64,000 bases of DNA. Source: an uncultured Planctomycetaceae bacterium (GTDB lineage Bacteria; Planctomycetota; Phycisphaerae; SM23-33). Of the stretch, positions 1 to 9,331 are shown piece after piece (within the stretch, counting starts at the first letter, position 1; each line of letters opens with the position of its first letter). The translations under genes were made by a program, and so were the position numbers. The stretch is taken from contig CAYRVX010000003.1 of assembly GCA_964427875.1 (NCBI GenBank), positions 46,910 through 110,909 on the forward strand, written 5' to 3'. The notes beneath the pieces are model-generated. The model was not told the origin of the DNA, searched no databases, and was given only the letters and a program-made list of their open reading frames with translations.

Positions 1-894
1 CCACGTGCCGCTGAAGTACATCTGAATGATGGCGAGGGTCATCACGATGGCCACGAGCGTCCAGCCGATCGTCGAGGCATACCCCAGGTCGCCGGTGATG
101 AAGCCGTTCTCGTACAGGTACATCACGATGGTCAGTCCCGCGGCGTCCGGGCCCCGGCTGTTGCTGAGCATCAGGTACGGCAGCTCGAAGAGCTGGAAGG
201 ACCCGATGGTGCTCAGGACCACCACGAACACGGCGACCGGCTTGATTCCCGGCAGCGTGACGTGCCGGAACTTCTGCCACGCGTTGGCCCCGTCGACGGT
301 GGCCGCCTCGTAGAGCGTCCGGTCGATCCCCTGAAGGGCGGCCAGGAAGTAGATCATGTTGAACCCCACGTACATCCAGAGGGCCGTCAGCACGAGGCAG
401 GGCATGATGAGGCGGGAGTTGTTGAGCCACTCGGTGTCCAGCGGGAAGCCGAACGCCCAGTTCAGGCCGATGTTCAGCAGGCCGAATCGCGACGCGAAGA
501 TCAGGCTGAACAGCACGCCCACGAACACCATCCCCACGAGTCGCGGCGAGAAGAAGCACAACCGGTACACGTTCCGCCCCCGCAGCCGCTTGCGATTCAG
601 CAGCAGCGCCAGGCCGAGGCTCAGCGGCAGTTGGAGAAACACCGAGAACAACGCGAAGATGAGTGTGTTCCGGAACGCCTTCCAGAAGTCCGGGTCGGTC
701 AGCAGGAACCGGAAGTTGTCGAACCAGACGAAGACCTGCGACCTTGGCCCGGAGGTGATGAAGAACGACAGGACCACGCTCTTGATCAGCGGGTAGAGCC
801 CGAACGTGCAGAACAGCACGATGAAGGGCGCCACGAACATGTACGGCGCCCATCGCTGCTGCAACGGAAAGGTCCCTGCGCTTCGCCGGTTCAA
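1..894 (-). CDS. ABC transporter permease, sugar-type (MalF/UgpA-like). Partial: the C-terminus runs off the window start.
   Basis: The reverse-strand translation from TTG at 894 reads LNRRSAGTFPLQQRWAPYMFVAPFIVLF...EAATVDGANAWQKFRHVTLP..., the conserved EAAxxDGA permease loop. No stop is reached before position 1, so it is absent from the ORF track. Its start overlaps the stop of the upstream SBP gene. Confidence 0.78.
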   Translation of the reverse strand, partial: MNRRSAGTFPLQQRWAPYMFVAPFIVLFCTFGLYPLIKSVVLSFFITSGPRSQVFVWFDNFRFLLTDPDFWKAFRNTLIFALFSVFLQLPLSLGLALLLNRKRLRGRNVYRLCFFSPRLVGMVFVGVLFSLIFASRFGLLNIGLNWAFGFPLDTEWLNNSRLIMPCLVLTALWMYVGFNMIYFLAALQGIDRTLYEAATVDGANAWQKFRHVTLPGIKPVAVFVVVLSTIGSFQLFELPYLMLSNSRGPDAAGLTIVMYLYENGFITGDLGYASTIGWTLVAIVMTLAIIQMYFSGTW

Positions 895-2321
895 AACGGG
901 TTCCTCTTCATCTGCTTGCGGATCTCGACGGCGGCCCGCTCGAGGCGCTCTCGCACGAGCCTCTTGAGGTCTCCGGGATCGCCGGGGTCGTAGGCGGCCA
1001 CGCAACTGGCCACCACCTCGGCCATCTTGCTCTTGGCGAGTTGGATGAACGGGCTGGTGAACTGCGGGGGCGTCTGTTCGGCCAGCTTGATGTACTCCGT
1101 GCCGAGCTGCTGGTTGCACCAGTAGGGGCGTTTCTCGTGGAAGGCCGGGTGGCTCCAGGAGTCCTTGAACGGCGGGAGGATATTCAGCTCGCCGAACCGG
1201 TCGCCGAGGTCGTCGGGGTCCATGTACATGTGCCGGGCGAGCTTCCAGGCGAGCTCGCGGTCCCGGCACTTGCGCGTCATCCCGAGCATGGTCCCGCCCC
1301 AGGTGCTCGTTCGCCGCCCGCCCTTGCGGACGGCCGGCAGCGGCATCAGCTTCATCTTGCCGGCCAGTTGGGGCATGTCGTTCTGGAAGCTCCAGCTCTT
1401 CCAGTCGGGGCAGAAGCTGCACAGCGTGTAGCCGTCCTGGGTGGCCTTGGCGAAGGCCTGCCCGAACATGCCGGGGTCGGCCGCGATGCGGCCCGGGCCC
1501 TTGACCAGCGGGACGTACCACGTGAGCAGCTCGACGGCCTTGTCGTTGTCCATGATCAGGCGGCCGTCGGCGTCGAAGTAGCCGGCCGGGGCGTTCGGCT
1601 CGGCCCGCTGGAAGAGCAGGATCTCCACGGCCCAGTTGCTGCCCTTGGCCAGGTTGATCATGTAGCGGTCTTTGTGATTGGTGATCCGCCGCCCCACGCG
1701 GATGAAGTCGCCCCACGTCTGAAGCTCATTCGGGTCGATGCCGAGCTGCTCGAACAGGTCCGCCCGATACGCCAGCATCACCGGGTGCACGTCGTGCGGC
1801 AGGCCGTAGATCTTCCCGCGATGCGTATAGGGGCTCAGCCGCGTCTTGACGATCCGGTCCATCAACGGGCGCTTCTGTGGATCGGCCGGGTCCGGGCGAG
1901 TGAGGAACTCGGTGATGTCGGTGAACAGGATGTCGTCGGCCGGGCCGCGGAAGAAACTGCCGGCCCGGGAGATCTCCACCTCCACCGTATCCGGCAGGTC
2001 CAGGTCGGCCCAGTAGGCCGCGCGGAGCCGCCGCGTGACGGCGTCGCCGTGGACGTTCTGAAGGTCCAGCGTCACGTTGTGCTTCCTCTCGAAGGCCGGG
2101 CGGGCCTTCTCGTAGGCCACGTAGTGCTGGCGCGCGAAGGTCCACATGCTCAGGTCCGTGTGGGCCGCCTCAGGGGGATCGATCACCGTGACCGTCAGCA
2201 GGAACAGGCCGGAGAGGACCGTCAGGACCAGGATGATGAAAGGCGCCAGGCCGAACGGGAAGATGTCCTTCACCGTCTCCCACGACGAAGGGCCCTTGTG
2301 TGTTGATGACCGCGATTCCAT
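891..2321 (-). CDS. ABC transporter extracellular solute-binding protein (family 1, sugar-binding), membrane-anchored
   Basis: The 559-aa ORF has an internal start at MESRSS... (2321). An N-terminal TM helix (FGLAPFIILVLTVLSGLFLL) is followed by an SBP_bac_1-like sequence. It lies immediately upstream of the permease. Confidence 0.7.
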   Translation of the reverse strand: MESRSSTHKGPSSWETVKDIFPFGLAPFIILVLTVLSGLFLLTVTVIDPPEAAHTDLSMWTFARQHYVAYEKARPAFERKHNVTLDLQNVHGDAVTRRLRAAYWADLDLPDTVEVEISRAGSFFRGPADDILFTDITEFLTRPDPADPQKRPLMDRIVKTRLSPYTHRGKIYGLPHDVHPVMLAYRADLFEQLGIDPNELQTWGDFIRVGRRITNHKDRYMINLAKGSNWAVEILLFQRAEPNAPAGYFDADGRLIMDNDKAVELLTWYVPLVKGPGRIAADPGMFGQAFAKATQDGYTLCSFCPDWKSWSFQNDMPQLAGKMKLMPLPAVRKGGRRTSTWGGTMLGMTRKCRDRELAWKLARHMYMDPDDLGDRFGELNILPPFKDSWSHPAFHEKRPYWCNQQLGTEYIKLAEQTPPQFTSPFIQLAKSKMAEVVASCVAAYDPGDPGDLKRLVRERLERAAVEIRKQMKRNPF

Positions 2322-2391
2322 CCTTATTCCGTCCGACCGGCCCGAAGGCCGGAGCCATACTATGGTTCCCGCGGCGGCCTTTCGCAAGGCG

Positions 2392-3066
2392 TCACCGGGG
2401 TTGGGGCGCCGGCCGTGTCGGCGCCGGCGGCAGCGAGAGCTTCTGGCTGTAGTAGTACGGCAGGTCTTCGCTCCTCGCGTCCTTCCACAGTCCGCGACGG
2501 GCGGCCAGCGCCTCGGCCTGGAGGCGGAGGAACTCTTCCTTGTGCGGATGATCGTACCGCGGGTCGGCATAGCCGTACCCGAGTCGAATCAGCTCGCGGT
2601 TCAGCATTCGTCCGTCGGGCAGGATCACGTAGGCGAGCAGCCGCCCGTGCTTCCCCCGCGTCTTGCCGGCCAGCAGCTCCAGCTTCACGACCTTGCCGTC
2701 GCAGGCGGAGCGTGAGAACCCGTCGGCCTCCGGGCCGAAGTGCTGGACGCCCCTGTGCGGGTGCTTCGTCTCCGGCGTATCGACGCCCCAGAATCGAACG
2801 CGCGTGTAGCTGCGTCCCTCGTGGGGCGCGTCCACGTCTATCGTATCGCCGTCCACGACCCTCACGACGCGGAAGCTCTGACCGTGGTACCGCTCGTAAT
2901 CGCTCCGAGGCACCTGCGGCCGGATGCCGAACAGCCCCAGCCGATCCGCGACGATCACCGCGCCGACAACGAGCAGCGCGATCGTCAGCCACCGCGCCCG
3001 CTGGGCCGCATACCTCAGCCGCCGCTGACGGTCGGTGAGCTTCTCGCTGGACCTTCTTCGAGGCAT
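2392..3066 (-). CDS. Thermonuclease / staphylococcal-nuclease (SNase) family protein with N-terminal TM anchor
   Basis: Motifs VVDGDTIDVD ... VRFWGVDTPE ... GRLLAYV match the SNase/thermonuclease fold. A hydrophobic segment WLTIALLVVGAVIV precedes them. Confidence 0.8.
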   Translation of the reverse strand: MPRRRSSEKLTDRQRRLRYAAQRARWLTIALLVVGAVIVADRLGLFGIRPQVPRSDYERYHGQSFRVVRVVDGDTIDVDAPHEGRSYTRVRFWGVDTPETKHPHRGVQHFGPEADGFSRSACDGKVVKLELLAGKTRGKHGRLLAYVILPDGRMLNRELIRLGYGYADPRYDHPHKEEFLRLQAEALAARRGLWKDARSEDLPYYYSQKLSLPPAPTRPAPQPR

Positions 3067-3107
3067 ACCACCCGCAAGTGATTCACTTGAGTGTCTCTAC
3101 ATTCGAG

Positions 3108-3793
3108 GGCTGGGCACTTCAGTGCCCGGCTCTCACGTCTCCCGACGCCTCTGATACCTCTTGTACGGAACACCCTCCAGAAACGCCCGCAACTCCAGCG
3201 CCCGCCGCACACCCCGCTCCAACTCCACGTTGACGTGCGTATGCGGGTACTCGCGCCAATCCGCGAGAATCCCATGGCGAGCGCTCTGCGTCAACGTATA
3301 CCGGTACGCCAATCGACACTGTTTCTCGTCGCGGATGCACCCGTCGAAGTAGTCCTGGTGACCCGGGCCCGACCAGAAGGGCACCCTCCTTGCTGCCAGG
3401 AGATCGTTGACCAGCTTTGCGACCGAACCGTGGATCTTCCGCATCATCTCGCCGAGCCGGCCGCCGAGCTTGCAGTACCCCAGCACGTGATAGTGATTGT
3501 CCATCAGCGACGTCACCCAGGGCGTGAAGAGGTGCTCGCGGGCGTAGTGATCGAACCGGTCCCAGAAGACCCGCTTTGCCTGTTCGGAAGCGAAGGCGCC
3601 GAAGCGGTCGGTGCAACGGGCGGTGATGAAGTAGACCTGGTTGTCGCGGTACCATTGTCGGAACCGCAGCTTGCCCCGATAGACGGGGCCCTTGGAGGGC
3701 GAGCTCTTGCGCGTCCAGGAGGACATGAGGTGTTCCCTGTGGGCGTTCCAAGGGTATAGGAACCCAAGAACCGTGCACTGAAGTGCCCAGCCC
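3108..3793 (-). mobile_element. Compact RAYT/IS200-like unit: HUH transposase gene bracketed by 19-bp inverted, palindrome-containing repeats (REP-like)
   Basis: gggctgggcacttcagtgc at 3108-3126 and its exact reverse complement gcactgaagtgcccagccc at 3775-3793. Each contains the hairpin gggcac-ttca-gtgccc. The repeats flank the 197-aa HUH gene. Confidence 0.55.
3133..3726 (-). CDS. IS200/IS605-family TnpA-like / REP-associated tyrosine transposase (RAYT)-like protein
   Basis: HUH motif NHYHVLGY. A C-terminal YRYTLTQSARHGILADW resembles the catalytic-Tyr helix (Y..N/QP..AGLV) of IS200 TnpA/RAYT. 197 aa. Confidence 0.65.
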   Translation of the reverse strand: MSSWTRKSSPSKGPVYRGKLRFRQWYRDNQVYFITARCTDRFGAFASEQAKRVFWDRFDHYAREHLFTPWVTSLMDNHYHVLGYCKLGGRLGEMMRKIHGSVAKLVNDLLAARRVPFWSGPGHQDYFDGCIRDEKQCRLAYRYTLTQSARHGILADWREYPHTHVNVELERGVRRALELRAFLEGVPYKRYQRRRET

Positions 3794-3802
3794 TTGGGGC
3801 GC

Positions 3803-5026
3803 TCAACGTTTCTTCGCCTTCCTTTGAGTCTTCGTGCCCAGATCGAAGGCGTCGTGGACGATTCTCAGGGCCCTCCTGCCCTCGTTGCGGTCGATGATAC
3901 AGGAGATCTTGATCTCGCTGGTCGTGATGTTCTGGATGTTGATCTTCGCCTTTGCCAGGGCCGCGAACATCCGCTCCGCCACGGCGGTGTGAATTCGCAT
4001 GCCCATGCCCACGACGGAGACCTTCGCGAGATGGTCCTCGAACGTCGCGTGACACTCGAGCGTCTTGCAGAGCCCGGCGATCACCTCCCTTGCCTCGGGC
4101 AGGTCGGGCAGGTCCACCGTGAAGGCCACCGTCGCGCTCCTGTCTCGGCCGATCGTCTGGATGATGTCGTCCACGACGATGCTGCGCGTGGCGATGGTGT
4201 GGAAGATGGTAGCCGCGACGCCCGGCCGGTCGGGAACGCCTCGCAGGGTCACCCTCGCGAGCTTGTCCTTCAGCGCCACGCCGCTGACCACGATTCGCTC
4301 CATGGATTCCGTTTCCGCCACGATCATCGTTCCTTTTCTGTTGTTCAGGCTGCTTCGCACGTGGATGGGCACGTCGTACCTCTTGGCGAACTCGATGGCC
4401 CGGTTGTGCAGGACGCTCGCGCCGAGGCTGGCCAGCTCGAGCATCTCGTCGTAGCTGATCCGGGCGATCTTGCGGGCGTTGGGGACGATCCGCGGGTCGG
4501 CCGTGAAAATCCCGTCCACGTCCGTGTAGTTCTCGCAGACCTCGGCATCAAGCGCCGCGGCAATGGCCACCAGCGTCACGTTGCTGCCCCCCCTCCCGAG
4601 CGTCGTGACGTGACCGGCCTCCGTGATGCCCTGAAAGCCCGCGACAATCACGATCCGCCCGGCGCCCAGCGACTGGCGAAGGCGACGAACGTCGATGGAC
4701 TTGATCTTGGCCTTCGTGTGCACGTCGTCGGTGATGATCCCGATCTGCCCGGCCGTGAAACTGATCGCCGGGGCGCCCATCTCCTCCAGGGCCATCGCCA
4801 TCAGCGAGATGGTCACCTGCTCCCCGGTGGCCAGCAGTTGGTCCATCTCCCGCTTGGGCGGGTTGTCGGTGATCTGGCCGGCCAGGTCCACCAGGCGGTC
4901 CGTCGTATCTGCCATGGCCGACACGACCATGGCGACCTGGTATCCGGCCTTCCGGGTGCGAATGGCGCGCCGCGCCGCGGAGCGGATCTTGTCCGCGCCG
5001 GCGACGCTCGTGCCGCCGAATTTCAT
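3803..5026 (-). CDS. lysC: Aspartate kinase
   Basis: MKFGGTSV start (ATG at 5026). Kinase motifs VVSAM, GFQG, GRGGSD-like, and C-terminal ACT domains. The upstream 33 codons of the ORF are likely not translated. Confidence 0.9.
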   Translation of the reverse strand: MKFGGTSVAGADKIRSAARRAIRTRKAGYQVAMVVSAMADTTDRLVDLAGQITDNPPKREMDQLLATGEQVTISLMAMALEEMGAPAISFTAGQIGIITDDVHTKAKIKSIDVRRLRQSLGAGRIVIVAGFQGITEAGHVTTLGRGGSNVTLVAIAAALDAEVCENYTDVDGIFTADPRIVPNARKIARISYDEMLELASLGASVLHNRAIEFAKRYDVPIHVRSSLNNRKGTMIVAETESMERIVVSGVALKDKLARVTLRGVPDRPGVAATIFHTIATRSIVVDDIIQTIGRDRSATVAFTVDLPDLPEAREVIAGLCKTLECHATFEDHLAKVSVVGMGMRIHTAVAERMFAALAKAKINIQNITTSEIKISCIIDRNEGRRALRIVHDAFDLGTKTQRKAKKR

Positions 5027-5173
5027 CACCACGATGCCCACGTTCGATTCGTGCTCCGTCCGGAATCCCGTGCGCAATAAGGGGCGCTTCTTGCCCGGCG
5101 AGCCCAGGCAATGTAGCTTATTCACGCGGGATTTCCACCACTATTTGCCGCACCGGGGCGGGAGAGGACCGAC

Positions 5174-6697
5174 ATGCGCGACCGAGACCGCAGGCCCAGC
5201 CGGCCCGGTCCCAGCCGAAGACGCCGGGCATGCTGGATTGCGCTCGCCCTGGTGATCGCGGCCGCCGCGCTGGTGGGCCTGTTCGCCTATCGCCTGTCCT
5301 GCGACGAGGCGAGCCTCTCGGCCGTGGTTGCGGACATCCGGCGCCGCGGGGAGCCGATCGAATGGCGCGAGTTCCAGCCCGAGCCCGTTTCGCCAGAACA
5401 GAACGCCGCCGAGCTGCACATTCAGGCGGTGCGTCGGGTCCAAGGAGGGTTCAGGACGGGCTCCTCCGAGGCGACCGACCCCGACCCGAACGCCGAACGG
5501 CGCACCGACCTGTTGATGCTGCTGGAGGGGGACGTGGTCGTCCACCCCGGCCTTCGGGCGCAGCGGTCAAGAGACGTCCGCGACATCCTGGCGCTCTCGG
5601 GCGATGTGCTGTCGCTCTGCCGGCGGGCGCGCGAGCGGAAGGGCACCGACTGGGGCCTGACTTACCAAGGCCCGGCCGTGAGCTGCGTGCTGCCTTCGCT
5701 GAGGAACCTGCTGGTCCTGTCGCGGCTGCTTTGCCTGGCGGCCCTGAGGGCGCAGGAGGAAGGCCGCCCGGCCGAAGCCGCCGAGCATCTTCGCGACGCG
5801 CTGGCCCTGGCCGGATCCGTCGAGGCCATGCCCACGCTGGTGAGCTTCATGACGGCCGAGGGGATGCGGGAGACCGTCTGCACGGTCGTCGAGCAAGGGG
5901 TCCCGGACCCCTCGGCACGCCCGCGTGACGCTGAGGCGAGACAGGCCCTCCGCCGGCTCATCGACGACCTGCTCGGGCCCGATCGGTTCCCGCGTGCCAT
6001 GATGGGTGAGCGGAGCCTGCTCTACGATACGGCCGAGCGGGTGCGGTCCGGCCAGATCCCGCTGAGCACGCTGACGACCTGGCCGGGCAGCGGGGCGCTG
6101 GCGGCCATCCGCAACTTCCGCCTCGGCATGGTCGCACCGTCCTTCTACGTCTCCGACGAGATCGAGCTTCTCGAGGCGATGGGTCGGCACGTCGAGGCGT
6201 CAAAGGCCCGGACGTATCCGGCCGCTCTGGCCGCGCTGCGGAAGCGCCCGGCGACGTCGGACCCGGGCGAGCGCGGCCCGCTGGCGAGGGCGCTCTGGCC
6301 GAGCTTCCGCCGCATCCACAAGATCCGCTATCGGGTCGTGGCGAGGCAGCGCCTGGCCGCCACGGCGCTGGCGATGCGGCTGTATGAGCCGGACCACGGC
6401 GCCCGGCCGCCAGCCAGGCTCCAGGAGCTGGCGCCGCAGTACCTGCCGGCCGTGCCTGACGATCCGTTCGCTCCAGACGGCCGGGCCGTCCGCTACCTGC
6501 CGGATGCGGATCGCCCGCTTCTCTACAGCGTCTTCAAGAACGGCACGGACGACGGCGGCGAGTTCACCGTCGGCTCGCGAGGCTACGTGAGCCTCACCGA
6601 CTCCCTGGACCTGGTCTTCTTCCTCAAGGCCGGCCGCCCCGTGCCGCGAGTCGAAGATGCCTTCCCCTCTTCCCGCCCGCGCGCTACCGCACCGTGA
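5174..6697 (+). CDS. Hypothetical membrane-anchored protein (Arg-rich N-terminus + one TM helix)
   Basis: 507-aa ORF. RRRR...WIALALVIAAAALVGLF signal-anchor. No recognisable domain. Alternative-frame ORFs overlapping it look like GC artefacts. Confidence 0.4.
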   Translation: MRDRDRRPSRPGPSRRRRACWIALALVIAAAALVGLFAYRLSCDEASLSAVVADIRRRGEPIEWREFQPEPVSPEQNAAELHIQAVRRVQGGFRTGSSEATDPDPNAERRTDLLMLLEGDVVVHPGLRAQRSRDVRDILALSGDVLSLCRRARERKGTDWGLTYQGPAVSCVLPSLRNLLVLSRLLCLAALRAQEEGRPAEAAEHLRDALALAGSVEAMPTLVSFMTAEGMRETVCTVVEQGVPDPSARPRDAEARQALRRLIDDLLGPDRFPRAMMGERSLLYDTAERVRSGQIPLSTLTTWPGSGALAAIRNFRLGMVAPSFYVSDEIELLEAMGRHVEASKARTYPAALAALRKRPATSDPGERGPLARALWPSFRRIHKIRYRVVARQRLAATALAMRLYEPDHGARPPARLQELAPQYLPAVPDDPFAPDGRAVRYLPDADRPLLYSVFKNGTDDGGEFTVGSRGYVSLTDSLDLVFFLKAGRPVPRVEDAFPSSRPRATAP

Positions 6698-7871
6698 GGA
6701 AGTACTCCATCAGGTCGCAGCCGCGTTGGACGTGTAGGTCGCTCTTTGCGGCGGCGGCTTCGGTGAACTCGCCCGGCACGACAGTATTGATGCGCGAGCC
6801 CGCGATGGCGAACGGCACGATGTCGGCGGTGTGTGTCCGCACGGTGCAGGGGGTGGGATGGTCCGGCAGGACGAGGATTCGCCACTCGTCGCCTTCGGCC
6901 CGGAGCCGCTGGAGCACGGGCGCGACGATGTGCCGGTCGATGTTCTCCACGGCGGCGATCTTGCCGGCGGCGTCGGCGTGATGGCCGGCCTCGTCCGGCG
7001 CCTCGACGTGCACGCAGACGAGGTCCGCCTCGTCGAGCGCGGCGGCGGCGGCGGAGCCCTTGCCGGCGTAGTTGGTGTCGGCGAAGCCCGTGGCGCCTTC
7101 GACCTCGATCCGCTCCCATCCGATCAACGCGCCGATGCCGGCGACGAGGTCGACGGCCGTGATCACCTTGCCCGTCACGCCGAACCGCTCGGCGAACGCC
7201 GGCAGCGTGGGCGTGGTGCCCTGGCCCCACAGCCAGATGCTCGTGGCGGGGTTGTCGCCGAGGTCACGGCGGATGGCGTTGATCTCGTGTTCGGCCAGGA
7301 GGATCTGGCTGCGCTCCATCAGCACGCGAAGCCGGTCGCTGCCCGCGCCGGTGGGCAGGTAGCTTCCCACGGGCTTCGAGAGGATGTCGTGCGGCGGCAT
7401 CGTCCTGACGTCGCAGGGGCCCGGGAACGTCATCAGGTGGCGGTAGCTGACGCCGCAGTAGAACTTCACCTCGTCGGTTGCGAGGCTGCGGTTCAGCTCG
7501 TCGATGAGGGCCTGGGCCTCCCGGGTGGAGATGTGACCGGCGGAGTAGTCCTCCATGACGCCCTCGACGATGGTGACGAAGTTGCAGCGGAAGATCCACT
7601 CGTCGCCCCGGACCTCGAGCCCCCGTGCGGCTGCCTCCAGGGGAGCGCGGCCGGTGTAGAACTCCCGCGGGTCGTAGCCCAGCACGGAGAGGATGGCCAC
7701 GTCCGACCCGGCGGGCATGGAGTCGGGGATGGTCCGTACCGTGCCGATCTTGCCGTGGGCGGCGATCCAGTCGAAGTTGGGGATGTCGGCCGCCTCCAGC
7801 GGAGTCCTGCCGTCGAGCTCGTCCAGCGGGGCGTCGGCGGCGCCGTCGGGGATGATCAGTGCGTATTTCAT
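6684..7871 (-). CDS. Cofactor-independent phosphoglycerate-mutase-family protein (ApgM type), probably the 'proposed homoserine kinase' branch
   Basis: MKYALIIPDGAAD...; alkaline-phosphatase-superfamily/iPGM (archaeal-type) signature; ~395 aa. The start is 1 bp from the hom stop, giving a hom-apgM-like operon. Confidence 0.75.
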   Translation of the reverse strand: MKYALIIPDGAADAPLDELDGRTPLEAADIPNFDWIAAHGKIGTVRTIPDSMPAGSDVAILSVLGYDPREFYTGRAPLEAAARGLEVRGDEWIFRCNFVTIVEGVMEDYSAGHISTREAQALIDELNRSLATDEVKFYCGVSYRHLMTFPGPCDVRTMPPHDILSKPVGSYLPTGAGSDRLRVLMERSQILLAEHEINAIRRDLGDNPATSIWLWGQGTTPTLPAFAERFGVTGKVITAVDLVAGIGALIGWERIEVEGATGFADTNYAGKGSAAAAALDEADLVCVHVEAPDEAGHHADAAGKIAAVENIDRHIVAPVLQRLRAEGDEWRILVLPDHPTPCTVRTHTADIVPFAIAGSRINTVVPGEFTEAAAAKSDLHVQRGCDLMEYFLTVR

Positions 7872-7872
7872 G

Positions 7873-9201
7873 TCACAGCGGTTCCGGGTACTCTTCCACG
7901 ATGGGGATGCAAACGGTTTTCGCCTTGATGACCTTCAGGGCGTTCACTTCGCCCAGGGCGTGGGAGACGTTGCCTTCCAGGGCCCTGTGCGTGGTGATGA
8001 CGACGGGCACGGTGCCGCCTTCGCTGCCGGCCGGCGGCTCGTGCTGCAAGACCGAGGAAATGCTGATGTCGCGCCGCCCGAGGATTGCCGCGATCTTTGC
8101 CAGCACGCCGGGGTGGTCCTCGCAGGTCGTTCGGATGTAGTGCCGGCTGCGGGCGGCGGAGAGGGGGAGCTGCTTGGCCGGCGGGTTGAGATCGGGCCAC
8201 AGCGCCAGCTTGGCGAACAGCTCCCGCGAGGAGCCCGTTGCCGCCGCGGCCAGGTCGGCCACCACCGCGGAGGCGGTGGGCATGCCGCCGGCGCCCCGGC
8301 CGTAGTACATCGTGTGGCCGGTGGCGTGGCCGTACACGCTCACGGCGTTGAACGGCCCGGAGACCCACGCCAGCGGGTGCTCCTTCGAGATGAACGCCGG
8401 GCCCACGCGGAGGCTCAGCCCGTCGGCCTGGCGCGTGGCGATGGCCAGCAGCTTGATCACGTAGCCGAGCTCCTGTCCGTAGGCCACGTCGCAGACGTCG
8501 AGGTAATCGATCCCGCCGACCGGGATGGCGTCGAAGTCGATCTTCGCGCCGAAGGCGATGGCCGCGAGGATGGCGAGCTTGTGGGCCGAGTCGGTGCCCG
8601 CCACGTCGAGCGTGGGGTCGGCCTCGGCGAGTTTGTCGGCCTGGGCGGCGGCCAGCGCGTCGGCGTAGCTCTGGCGGTTCTGGGTCATGGCCGTCAGGAT
8701 GTAGTTGCACGTGCCGTTGACGATGCCGTACAGGGCGTCGATGCGGTTGGCCAGCAGCCCGTCGCACAGCGCCCGGAGGATGGGGACGCCGCCGGCGCAG
8801 CTCGCCTCGAAGGCGATGCTCGCGCCGTTGGCCCGCGCGAGGGCGTACAGCTCCGCGCCGTGGTGGGCCAGCAGGGCCTTGTTGGCCGTCACCACGCTCT
8901 TGCCGGCTCGCAGGGCTCGCTCGATGACTTCCCTGGCCGTGGTCGTGCCGCCGATCAGCTCCACGACCGCGCCGACCGCCTCGTCCGTCAGCGCCGCGTC
9001 GAGGTCGGCGGTGAAGAGGGCTTCGTCGAGCCCCAGGGCCCTGGCGTGGGTGAAATCGACGTCCACGATGTGCCGCAACTGGATGCGCGGCCCGAGGCGC
9101 GAGGCAAGCAGGTCGCCGTCGCGCGTCAGCAGGGTGGCCGTCGCCCCGCCGACCGTGCCGCAGCCGACCAGCGCCACACCCAATGTCGAAGCACCGTCCA
9201 T
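7873..9201 (-). CDS. hom: Homoserine dehydrogenase
   Basis: Start at MDGASTLGVALVGCGTVGG (ATG 9201). NAD-binding GxGxxG, a catalytic domain, and a C-terminal ACT domain. Confidence 0.9.
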   Translation of the reverse strand: MDGASTLGVALVGCGTVGGATATLLTRDGDLLASRLGPRIQLRHIVDVDFTHARALGLDEALFTADLDAALTDEAVGAVVELIGGTTTAREVIERALRAGKSVVTANKALLAHHGAELYALARANGASIAFEASCAGGVPILRALCDGLLANRIDALYGIVNGTCNYILTAMTQNRQSYADALAAAQADKLAEADPTLDVAGTDSAHKLAILAAIAFGAKIDFDAIPVGGIDYLDVCDVAYGQELGYVIKLLAIATRQADGLSLRVGPAFISKEHPLAWVSGPFNAVSVYGHATGHTMYYGRGAGGMPTASAVVADLAAAATGSSRELFAKLALWPDLNPPAKQLPLSAARSRHYIRTTCEDHPGVLAKIAAILGRRDISISSVLQHEPPAGSEGGTVPVVITTHRALEGNVSHALGEVNALKVIKAKTVCIPIVEEYPEPL

Positions 9202-9331
9202 CACGTCCGTCCTCTCCAGCCCGCGTGGAATGGTATGTTCGCCGCACCGGAATATCAAGACGGTCCGCCCGCGCCCGCGAGCCGGCGTCTCGCGGGACCT
9301 CCAGGCCCGGAGGCCCGGAGGCCGGGCCGGC

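Noticed and set aside
262-2306. Plus-strand ORFs (262..993, 1041..2306) overlapping the permease/SBP genes. Many similar antisense ORFs occur throughout (e.g. 8705..10492, 13899..16706, 20837..22867, 22753..25656, 26083..27906, 28292..30250).
   Set aside because: Their translations are low-complexity Arg/Gly/Pro/Ala-rich with no motifs. Each overlaps a gene with clear family signatures on the other strand.
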